The position numbers and the translations under genes were made by a program. The notes under the pieces are model-generated. The model was not told the origin of the DNA, made no database searches, and was given only the letters and a program-made list of their open reading frames with translations. Shown here in pieces: positions 12,929 through 23,940 of a stretch of 64,000 nt of DNA. The stretch spans positions 13,193,186 through 13,257,185 of the forward strand of contig OZ316895.1 in NCBI GenBank assembly GCA_973895155.1, in the 5' to 3' direction. This stretch comes from Marsupella aquatica. Taxonomy: Eukaryota > Plantae > Marchantiophyta. How positions within the stretch are numbered: position 1 is the first letter of the stretch; every line of letters begins with the position of its first letter.

Positions 12929-14483
12929 GGCATGTCGCCGATGGCAACGGTGCTGCTCATCATCTTATGGCTGCTGCTACGTTGGGAGCAAGCGCTTCTG
13001 CTGCCGTATGTTTTCCCCCCGCCTGCTAGAAGAGCTCGTCGTAGTAGCTAATGATCAATAATCCTCCTCGACTTCTTTTCTGCTGCTGCATTTCTCATTG
13101 CCGCTGTGCCTCGCGTTTTGCGGTTGCGTGCTGCCATGGTGGAAGTGGAGTAAATTCCCGTTGTTGACCCTGACCCCACCTCTCGGGGCGCTGCATCCAA
13201 CCTGTTGAGGTAGGCGACCGCCTTTGCTACTACTCCTACCATTATATACACACAAGCTACTTCTTCACTGCTCCTATGAACAACACAGACGCCACGCCAC
13301 GCCATGCCACGCCAGCCAAGCTCAGCCCAGACAAGCCAAGCTAAGCCAAGAGCTCAGCTCCTCTCTCCCTGAGCCACCAGAGTGAGCCTCACGACAGGAG
13401 AGTTCACTGCTGCCCCTACTACTACTGTTTGCAGAAGGAGCTCTTGCCTCCTCTACTGCTTGTACTACTTACCATCCACCAACAGCAGTTCCTTCCTCGC
13501 CGCTTGGTTCGGACCTTAGTTCGTCCAGCCTACAATCTCAGTGATTTGCGCTTTTATTATTAGACACACAAGCAGCAGCAGCAGCAGCCAGGGGCTGGAG
13601 ACCGAAAGCACGGCAGGATAGGAGGAGGGGAGAGTATAGAGGAGGAGGTGGTGAATGACTTGGGGGGCAAGATCACCAGGCCCATGGTGGGTGTTGTGGG
13701 GGTAAGCAGCCGATGATGCTTGAGGAGGGAGTGACGGCGAGGGGGAAAGGAGTTGTTCGAGAAGGAGGAGAGAAGAGGAGGAGCAGTAGCAAGCTGGAGG
13801 AGCACCATGTGCGTAGCATGATCGCGCAGAGTAAGCAGCAGTGGCAATCAGAGTGGGGTGGTGGATGAGGTGCAGAGCCTGGTGCATGTGGATGGAGTAC
13901 CGTAAGCTGTAGAAGTTGGCTTCGGGCAGTAAGAAGAAGGGATAGAGCAGCAACTCATCGTAGGGCGTGATGATGGAGCGCTGGGGAGGATTAGAGGGGT
14001 CACCGGGAGGGGGGTGAGGGGGAGAGCGGAATGGGAAGAAGGCGGGCGAGGGTGTCGGGCAGCGTGCGATGAAAGACTGGACAGCTGATGGGTGTGTGTA
14101 CCCCCTCGCTTGGCTGCCTGCGCATGCCCGCGCCCTCTCTGCCTTCTTCTCTTCTTCGTCTCTTGCACTCAAAGCCAGCACGGATTTTGGCAAGTAACCC
14201 TCGTCGATTGACAATCGCTCCTATTTTTGTTCTCCTGTCGTCGTGTGAACGTCGTCTTGTCTCCAAATCGTACTACACCACCACCAATAATCATCTACAT
14301 CGATCATATTTGGAGGCCCTTTTACTCGTAGGTTTGATTAGATTTTGTTCGCTATTGACGACGCTTCTCCTATTGCGTTCAAGGGTATGTCGATCCTTCT
14401 TAGACTTAGAAGACCACCGAGCGGGAACTACAAGCAGCTCAGGAAGCACGCGGCTCACGTCTGTAGATAGGTTTAGTAGGTAC

Positions 14484-16256
14484 ATGGAGTCTGGAGGGCA
14501 TGGCCATTCAAAATCCGACTCACAGCGGGACTCGGGGGTTGGTGGTGCTGGGGGAAGCTCCGACACAAGTCCTCATGGATTGCCACCGCAATTGGTTTAT
14601 CAGCAGCAGCAATCGGAGGGGCGGGGTTTAGTGAGCTATCAACAACAGCAGCAGCAACAACAACAACAACAACAACAGGGTTCTCATCTCAATGCAGGAG
14701 CAATTGCCCAAGCCATGGCAGCCATGGGGGGTGCAGGATTAGGGGGCCACGGTGGTCCTTCTCAGGGCGATCCGTCGCTTGGTATGGGGGGGATGGGACA
14801 GGAATACGGTGAACAGCAGCAGATTAGCGGCTTGTCACTTCAGCGAGGTGGGAGCGGTGGCGGAGGCAGTGGAAGTCAACAGCAGGAGTCTCAGCAGCAG
14901 CAGCAGGGACAGATGGTCGCCAGTGGCAGCCAGGAAATACAGCAACAACCGCAGCAACCTCCCAAGAAAGCTCCACCGAAACGATCGTCGACGAAAGATA
15001 GGCACACGAAGGTGGACGGCAGGGGTAGAAGGATTCGAATGCCTGCCTCGTGCGCAGCCCGGATATTTCAGCTTACTAGAGAATTGGGCAACAAATCGGA
15101 TGGAGAGACCATCGAGTGGCTCCTTCAGCAAGCAGAGCCCGCCATCATTGCGGCTACCGGAACGGGGACAGTGCCGGCTCTTGCGTCATCGCTCGGAGGT
15201 CCGCTGCGAAGCGCATCAGGCATGGCGTCTGCGGCAGCCGGACGGCCGGGGCAGCTCCACGGGTCGTTGGGGCTAGCCGGGTTAGGGCCATCACAGGCAG
15301 ACATCGAGAACGCTCGAATGGAACAGGCACGTGCTGCCAATCAGAGGGAGTGGGAAGCAGGAGCGGAAGAGCGAGCGATGCAAGCGAATCGGGTTATGGA
15401 GGAGAACCGTCGCTTGATGGGCAGCCATGGAGTGCACGGCGAAATGTCGCACGACGTTATGTCGGGGTTTCAGCAGCACGAAGGGTTAGTTGGGGAGGAA
15501 GGAATGGGCGGAGGCGACTCGGCGGACAGCAAAGGGATGCGGAAGCGGCCTAGACCTGGAGCCAGCAGCAGTGGCGGATCTCTGTCGAGGTTCAAAGAGG
15601 ATCCGGATCCGGTTAGACCTGTTAGAGCCACAGCAGCGAGGCAGGGAATGCCTCAAGGAGCGGGGAGCTCGAATTTAATGTCGACAATGTGGGCCGTGGG
15701 GCCTGCTGTAGCTAGCGTTCCAAGTAGTGGGGCTATGCCGGGGACGATATGGATGCTTCCCGTCACTGGGTCTTCGACTCCGGGAGTTATGGCGGGACCA
15801 GGCAACGAGCAGATATGGACATTTCCTTCGGCAGGTCAGGCAGGCACAATGTACAGGATGGCCACCCCGGCGGGTACGTCAATACAACTGGGCCCTTCAG
15901 GTAGTGGCTCGAATCAGCCGTCCTCCAGCAATCCCATGATGCCTGTGCTTCCCAGCGGAGTGACGCTCATGCCGCGCATAAATTTATCTGGAGGAATGGG
16001 GCTTGAACTCCAAGGAGGGCTCGGCAGCCACATGCCGTTGGGATCCATGCTTCTTCAACAGGGCTCTCAAAACTTGCCTGGCACTGGACTGGGACTGAGT
16101 GGCGAGGGCCACCTTGGCATGCTAGCAGCCCTGAATGCTTACAGCCGGAACGTGAATCCCGAGCAGCAGCAGCAGCAGCAGCAGCACCATCCGATGGTGG
16201 GGGGCCCAAGTCATCAGCAGGGAGATAGTGGGGATGATCCGACCAGCTCTCAGTAG
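14484..16256 (+). CDS. TCP1: Class I (PCF/TCP-P type) TCP transcription factor, intronless CDS, ~590 aa from [10 protein letters not shown]
   Basis: TCP domain [62 protein letters not shown] has the class I short basic region and AATGTGT extension. Q/G-rich low-complexity flanks; C-terminal [12 protein letters not shown] motif of class I TCPs; TAG at 16254-16256. The ORF is open upstream to ATG 14088, but 14484 is the likelier start. Confidence 0.95.
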   Translation: MESGGHGHSKSDSQRDSGVGGAGGSSDTSPHGLPPQLVYQQQQSEGRGLVSYQQQQQQQQQQQQQGSHLNAGAIAQAMAAMGGAGLGGHGGPSQGDPSLGMGGMGQEYGEQQQISGLSLQRGGSGGGGSGSQQQESQQQQQGQMVASGSQEIQQQPQQPPKKAPPKRSSTKDRHTKVDGRGRRIRMPASCAARIFQLTRELGNKSDGETIEWLLQQAEPAIIAATGTGTVPALASSLGGPLRSASGMASAAAGRPGQLHGSLGLAGLGPSQADIENARMEQARAANQREWEAGAEERAMQANRVMEENRRLMGSHGVHGEMSHDVMSGFQQHEGLVGEEGMGGGDSADSKGMRKRPRPGASSSGGSLSRFKEDPDPVRPVRATAARQGMPQGAGSSNLMSTMWAVGPAVASVPSSGAMPGTIWMLPVTGSSTPGVMAGPGNEQIWTFPSAGQAGTMYRMATPAGTSIQLGPSGSGSNQPSSSNPMMPVLPSGVTLMPRINLSGGMGLELQGGLGSHMPLGSMLLQQGSQNLPGTGLGLSGEGHLGMLAALNAYSRNVNPEQQQQQQQHHPMVGGPSHQQGDSGDDPTSSQ

Positions 16257-19200
16257 GACTACCGGCCGAGTGCCTCGAGTCTTCTTGTCCGGAAAAAAAC
16301 GGAGGGTGCGTAGAGAGAGAAAGACAGATCTCGGTTGGTTGTGTTGATGATGGGTCGAACGGAGACTATAGGAGATATGAAGAGAGCAGCTACTATTTAT
16401 GCAACCCTCTCTACTGCTGCCAGCGCGTGGATGGCCGTCATTCCTGCAGCCAGGAATCTGGGCGCGCTTGCGCACTTCTCGACTACTCTCTTCGGCAACA
16501 GCGTGATCATGAAAAAACCTTTCAGGCCGTGTAATATTATTTGATGTTCCACGAAGAGTGATAATACCTGCCTACCATAATTTCCGATAAGCTTGAGTTG
16601 CGAGGATATGGCAATGGAAGGCGGCTGGCTATTGGAGCACATTCTCTCATTATATTCGGGAAATTGTATTAAACCATACTTTGGCAACGTTTTTAGCTCT
16701 TACATCACAATCTTGACACGATTTACGCACATCGACAACAGACTGCATCCAGCCTGAAATGCGCACACTCCGATGAACGGACGTTCAAGTGCTGGGGCAA
16801 CCTCTTCTGGTCTTCATGCGGGGAGTACGGGCTTGGACGAGCCACCCAATTTATGGGAGTTGCAGAGATCAGAGAGAGAGAGGAGAGAGACACAGAGAAA
16901 CTGAGAGACTGAGTGAGAGAGCAATATAGAGGTAGAGAGGACGAGATGGGCACGGCGGGGAATTGTCTCCCACACATTCATACACGACCATTCTTTGAAT
17001 AGCCTTCAAAACGTGGAATAAGCGGCTGCATTGTCCTCGTCTTCTGAGAGAGTTTACTCCTTCCCAATGTGATACGTCAGGTGCGCACGGCCCCTCTATG
17101 GGCCCGCCCAACGCCTTGTTTTTTAACACTTTGATTCTTGTATTGTAGATGCTTCAATTCTTGTGCTAGCTTTTTCGCCTCCCTTTCCTTTCGTCCTCTT
17201 TTCTTCCTGGACTCCTAATTATTAAAATTCATTGGCCCAAAGGGTCGACAGGTTACTCAAGTATAGAAATGGGGTAACGTAGATGTCATTCATTTATTGG
17301 CTCAGGTGAGGCCATCCCTTGCAGTCATTGTCTTAATAACATTTGACCTTCTGGCTTTTCACCCTCCTCTCGATCGAAATGCTTCACCTTTTGAACTGGG
17401 TCCAGCATACTTATTTGCTGCCCACTTATTTGAGTGTGTGCTCCTTTTCTCTCTGGCGTTCACGGTAGGTTGATGAATGACCGACTTTCTGTGTTGTGAT
17501 TGAATCGTCATCAATCCCATCTTGCCCTTGTTTCCCTATCATTCTGTGCTATTGTGGCGGTACTTGCAATACCGGGTAATGAGTCAAGCTCAGACCCAGA
17601 CTACCATCTATCGTGGAAATGTGGACGAAATGATCAGGATACAGCCGTTTTTTGAAGGAACCCTTTTGCAAGAACCCGACATCCGGATCATCTTTTGGTT
17701 TGGGCACTTTGGATACCTTTTCTCGAAATCTGCATTTGTGATAATCTCATTTGCTTTGTGAGGCAACCGAGCACTACAGATCTAGCAATTGGGCCCCGAT
17801 GAGAAGCCCTTGTCGATTCCAGTGGATGGCCCAAAACCTTCTCGGTTCAGAACGTGTCAGCATTTCGAAGCTAACAGGTCCAATGGCACATTGTGGTCGT
17901 TCCAGCACAATGCCGTCATTCCTCAAGGAAGTCCTAAGTATATGAGCGTACTTCGTTTTGTATTCCAGCTGCGAGGGCGGCGCGTCTCCAGCGTCAACGT
18001 TGTCAGATACTTCCACCGTGACTCGAACGTCCAATGCCAGCTTCCTTGTCCAAGTCAACGCGTCACTGACTCCAATGACGACTTGCTTTCGCATGCGCTC
18101 AAATTCCGAATGTCTACTTTGGGTAATTTTAGGTACTCTCTACAGCAAACGTCACAGCATGGTGGAAAGAACCGTGGAGAGAGTCCTTCACTCAGACAGT
18201 TGTCGCATTCTTATTCATCTCGAATTGACCCCTCAGGAATCCCCTCCCTCATCAATCCATCCAAGAAATCTAATCTGAAGCGGAACTCGTCCGGTACTGA
18301 AAGCGGGCCTCGGAAGATTTGAGGATTTGAGGCATGATTTAAGGACCGTTCTTTCGAGAGAAGGGGACCTTTGTTCGCGAGAACGATGTGCTTCTTCCTT
18401 GAATGCCGGAAGTGAGCGATTTCGAGACGGAACTCGCCAACACTACCTCCGTCCTACGTGTGTACTGAGCGATTGAAAACGTGCTTCTCCTATCTGCACG
18501 TGGAATTACAGTTGGTCTGGCATGCTTTGGGAGATTTCATCCTGTCGTTACTGGAGTGCGCGCCGACATCACTGCATCAGTGAATTACCTCATCATGTAC
18601 CCCCAAAGGCTCTCACCCCACCGGACATGAGCCCGCTAGCCTAGTTTTGACGGGTGGGTTCCTCAACGGTTCGGCATGCGTAGAACTCTATCCTTTGTTT
18701 GTGGACATGGCTATGAAGAACACATGCACTCTAGTCGTAGACCTCAATCGTACTGCGTAAATATTCTTAGACTATGAGCCTGATCATGAATGCTTTTGTC
18801 CTGTCGTATAATCCTGAAGGTCATCAATCAATCCCATTCTAAAATTCAGCTTAAATTCATGTGAATGAATTGTGGACCCAACTCATCTGAATTTCCTAAT
18901 CCTCTCTTGAAACGACGCTCAGACGCTGGGTGGGTCTAAACAGTGTCCATGCCTAGGATTAGTTCCTCGATTGTCAGTCAGTCTTGTGAAAAAAGATATC
19001 TACTGTAGGTGGCTTATCCGAGTTCTAGCTCCAATATTTTGGTGAAGAGCGGTCTGGGTCCGGGCCTCGTCTGATTTGTACACATTTCTAGACGAAGATG
19101 CGGACCTATCAGGACAACAGCACGGATCAAAGAGGAGTAGCGTCTTTGATTCTCCGCGGTGAGAGAAATCGTCGGCCTTACCCACAGGCTTTGGGATCTG

Positions 19201-22200
19201 ATCTGAAGTCACTTTGGGAATCAACTGTCGAGTCCTCATCCGGAGATGCTGGCATGGGGGACTTCAGAACCACGGTCCTGCGACTATGGTCTCTCTTATT
19301 AACAGATGCTCCCGGGAGACGAGCATAAAGTCGGCTCGACCCACGCCTCATCATCTGCGCCAGGGCCTGGCATGCATGCATGAATGAGAAGATGGGACAG
19401 CTGCCCACCTGGATCCCAACACCTCTCCTTAAACTCTTGTGTTCAGACTGTTCACTCCCATAGATGCTCGAGCTCGATGTTCGACCTTTTTGCCCAGACA
19501 GCGGAGCGGCCAGCGAGCAGAGCACCAGGCCTGATCTCAAGATACCTATCCATCCATCCGTAGAAAGCCTATCAGCAGCAGCCGGATGGACAGTGGCAGT
19601 AGCGGTAAGAGGACTACTTACTACTCTTCCGTTTCCCTCTTTTTCGGAGATCGGAAGGACGAGTATTATTATTACTCCTCACTTTCGTTCAAAAGCGAAA
19701 GAAGAAACGAAGAGCCAGGAAACGAGAGGAGAGAGGGTTCAGAGCGAGCGAGGGAAAACCGGCCTCGGGAACCGTTGGACCAACAGTAGTACGCCGCAGG
19801 CCAGCCATTGCACTGCTGCTGCACGGGATTCATAGCCTTACTACCACTATACTATCAGAACACCTTTCTTTCGATCTCCTCGTCGCCATGTTCTCGATCC
19901 CGTCCGCCATGCTCCCTCCCTCTGTAATGTGGACATTTTCGAGCTCGCCGATCCATCATTCACTCATCAGGCAGGCAAGCAGGAGTACAGAAGTCAGATC
20001 ACAGGTCAGATCAGGTGCAGGTCCAGGTCAGGCCAGGTCTGTTCGAGTCTGGTCGGGTCAGGTCACGTCAGATCAGATCAGAGCAGGTCGCAGCGCAGCG
20101 ATGGAAGTCAGGCCCGGCAGGCAAGCAAAGCAGGCATGCAGGAATGAATTACAGAAGATGCAAACAAGGCCAGGACTCCAGGAGCAAATTTCTAGCATAA
20201 TTATGCCAGAAGTGGCACGAGGACGAGTAGCTCTGTGGCAGAGCAATTGATGGCGCATGACATTCTTTTGCTTTTCTTTTTCTTTTTCTTTACTGACAGA
20301 CGACAGACACAGTAGGCAGTCATCAGAGGCGCCAGCCAGAACAACGAGGGATGAGTGATTGATGATCGAGTGACTCCTGGCTGGCTGCCACAAAACTAGC
20401 TAAACACGAATTGCTCAATCCAACAACGTTTCTCCCCTTTTTCCTCCTCCAATGTCGGCACGACAGTGTTCGATCATCAACAGCTCGCAACCTTCCCCAA
20501 CAGTCCTCGATTCACCCTTTTAGTAAATTTATATGAGCTCCAGATCTCCTCCAATTCTCTCTCTCCTCTTCGTAGTCTGGGCCTTTTTGCAGGCTCGGGC
20601 GGACCACATACTGGATCTTTCCCTCTTCCAAGCTCTGACGGTCATCGTAATTCTCTGAAGAGATGCCACTTTGAGCTGAAGCGCGACCTCAAGGTTGCGT
20701 CCCATTTGCTTTTCCCACAAACTTAGCTCAACGGCCCAGCTAAAGATTTCCTTGGTTGCTTTTTTTCCCAACTAAAGCTTCGCTCCAATGCTTGACAGGC
20801 GATTGAATTTTGTCCAATTATTTTACTTTTTCACTCGTGCCTTTTATCTTCGAAAATAGTCAAATTCTAGAGACAGGAAAAGACTTGGTGACAAGCTGGA
20901 ACATGTATGGGAATGTTGACTCAACAAAGGATGGATGAATAATTCTGGGCGAACCATTTGGATGGAAAGTAAAGTACTTTAGTTGCTTCAATGTCCATTA
21001 AAATCCAAAATAGAAGATAAAACAATGGCGGATCAAGAGTAATCATTTACAGTAGTGTGTGCTCAGTTGAGTTGAGTGGAAGAGCCTCCTTGATTGCTTT
21101 TCCCAGGCTTCAATGATTTCCCTCGGGTTCTCTTTTTGTTTCCCAAAAGTAAGTCCATAGACGTTTTGAGTATGAATAATGCAAGCTTTATCTTGTTTGC
21201 ATTATGCAAATGTAATTGTAATATCTTTATATTAAATATATGAATGATATTATTTATTGTTTTCATTCCATGTTCACTTGACATCAGAATAAATTAATTA
21301 TTTACCAAAATTTTGGCATTACAAAAATATTCACACACACCCAATCTTGGAAAATGATAGACTAGGTCAATTTAAGCTTTTGTCTTTTATACCAGTTGGG
21401 TGAACATGGAGTGAAAGCAATACATGACATCATTCATGCATTTAGTATAATGATATTACCATGCTGGCTTGGGACTTCAAAAGTCCCGTTTATGGGTGTA
21501 GTCCAAACTTGAGTCCTAACAAAGCTGAAGGAGACATGCAAAGCTAATATATCTTGGAGGATTTGGATAGTCTTTGAGCTAGATTGCAGACGCTAGGTAT
21601 TATGAAAGCCCAATTCCATTTGAGAAACAACTTGCATATACAACCATACCCATGAAACTCATAGTGAACCTCTGTCATGATTCATATCACATATCAATAA
21701 GTATTGAATTATAAACCAATGTTAGTGTAGAAAACACTGGTTGCAGACATGTAGCATAATTCAAGCCTTTAAAGTTCAAACCAATGCTATCATCAAGAAA
21801 TAAATTAGTATTTTTGACCAGAGAAGGTTTTGGGAGGGTTGGAAGACTTCCCCAAAGGTTATCTTAGAGAGATTTGTACATAATTGGGAGACACTGATCA
21901 GGAAACTCCAGACCATGAACATGTGGCCATCAAGACTATCAAGTGAAATGTACAAAGAAGCAAGTGTAAGCAAAGTTTCATGGGTGTCACACCAGTGGGG
22001 ACCAGGTACGCACAACCAAGGGTGGTCTATTGTTGGAAGCCTTACAAGTCCAAAGTTTAACATGTAAATTTTATGTAGTCTTACCTTTTGTAGTCCGAAC
22101 GCATATATAGTGACTTAGTTTACTTACGTTTTCAGGTGGTTTTACTGAGTAAGACCTGAGTTTCAAGTGAACATTTAACCAAGAATGTGTGCTTAAAGGA

Positions 22201-23544
22201 TCACTAAGTGTATATTCCATCTCTAACTTTTAATCAAGTGAAAACACAATGAGGTACAACAAAAATAGCAAAAACTCTTTCATGCTAGTACTTTTGCGTT
22301 GGACTTTTGCCTGAGTAGCGTGAAAGAATGTATATTTTAGTTCTTTATTTGGATTTGTGGGAAAATCAAAATTGGTCACAAGCCGGGCCAGAAGCTTAAT
22401 TGATCAGAGATCACAGTTATGAAGTCCTCTAAAACATTTACCTGATCTTGAGTAAACACATGACATATGGGAAGGCACAAACACACACAGCCATATACAG
22501 ACACACACACAAAATCTCACACATTTGTTTGGCAAGGAGGGGCTTTGAAATTTAGAGCCACTACTCTCTCAAAGTTTGGTCCTTTGTTGGAGTAAGATGG
22601 TTCATCGTGGGTGTTGGACTCCCTCGCAGCAATCTTCAGCCATTGCTCTTGAAAGCATCAACTCAATGTTTCTGAAAGGCTGCAAGAATCTCTACAAGTC
22701 TGAGATGAAAGCCCTGGGTCTCGCACCGTCCGAGCTCCATGAACCTAGTCACACTGACAGCTTCCTCAGCATGCAACAAAGAGTGCACAGTACTACACCC
22801 AGAACAGGAATAGGACGAGAGATGCAGTGCATAGGATGGACAGCACCTACCGTAGTTTTTGGCATCAGGTCAGTTCTAATCTGGCCTGTAAATTCACCAC
22901 TTGGATCTTGCTACTCCCCTTGCTAGCTAGTTAGCATTCATTTGGGGGAACAAAGGTTTCATGTAATTAACGGGGTCCCTGGGCCTCCCTCTTCAATTGT
23001 GACCTTGGCTTGGGTTTGCTTGGACTGCTCAAATTCTTCCTCCTACCTATTTTTTCCGCTGGGCCATTGCTCTTCTCTACACACAGTCGCTCTTTCCTAA
23101 ATATGATTAGCTTAGGCTACCGTAGATCTTAATTTGATTGCCAATGTTAAATGGGTATAGGATACTTGTGCAAAAATGAAAATGGTGTTATTTTATTTTG
23201 TAGGTTACAAGTAAAAGGCATAGGCATGACTTCGAAAAAGACACGATCTTCCTGAACAGACCAGAACACTTATTGCTGTAAGAACCTGGTACGCAGTCTC
23301 TTTTGTACGTATTGTGCACGTATATGACTGTACCGTATTAAATCACAATTTGTGCACGTATATATATTTATTTCTGTATGTATACAGTATTACCGTATGT
23401 GGATAGCATGCCAGTCCGTCCATGGCTTCATGCCCCACCCCTTGAATCGCGTCCTGTCTGTCTGTTTACACCAATCTACAGTACAGCCAGTCACCGGTCA
23501 GATTCCATAGTAGCAGCTCTCCGTAAAATTGTGCACCCCGTACC

Positions 23545-23940
23545 AGCGTTTTGCTCTAGCGCGAAATTCCACCTCGTTGAAAACTGTCCACCAATTTTGG
23601 CGAAACTCGCAAAGGCACTGTATCCTTTGGCAAAACTCGGAAAGGCACTGTAGTCTTTGGCAAAACTCGCAAAGCTACTGTAGGTTCCTCTGTAAGGAAA
23701 CCCATGGCTTCAAAATGAAAAATGTGACTTGATGGATCTGGTGAATGACCAGTAGGTCAGATTCTCTATTAGCGGCTTTGGATTAAATTGTGCTGGATTT
23801 TGTTTCAGCACAAAATTCCACCTCGTTGAAAAATGTCCACCATTTTTGGCCAAACTCTCGAAGGTAGTTTTTGGCAAAATTCGTAAAGGTAGGTTCCTGT
23901 ATAAGGTAACCCATGAATCCAAAATGAAAAATGTCGATGG
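23545..23940 (+). repeat. Diverged ~245-bp direct repeat with internal ~29-bp subrepeats
   Basis: AAATTCCACCTCGTTGAAAA..GTCCACCA and CCCATG....CAAAATGAAAAATGT each occur twice; TTTGGC(A/G)AAACTCG.AAAG occurs three times in unit 1. Confidence 0.85.

Noticed and set aside
14752-15553. Alternative-frame and antisense ORFs overlapping the TCP CDS
   Set aside because: Expected shadows of a GC-rich coding sequence.
16865-16900. GA-rich stretch superficially like miR529/miR156
   Set aside because: It does not match the mature sequence and has no complementary star arm nearby.
17774-18322. Overlapping 106-177 aa ORFs on both strands downstream of TCP
   Set aside because: No domain signature or exon chain could be built; more consistent with UTR or lncRNA.
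23595-23690. Short ~29-bp repeats reminiscent of a CRISPR array
   Set aside because: Contiguous tandem units without unique spacers, in a eukaryotic context with no cas genes.
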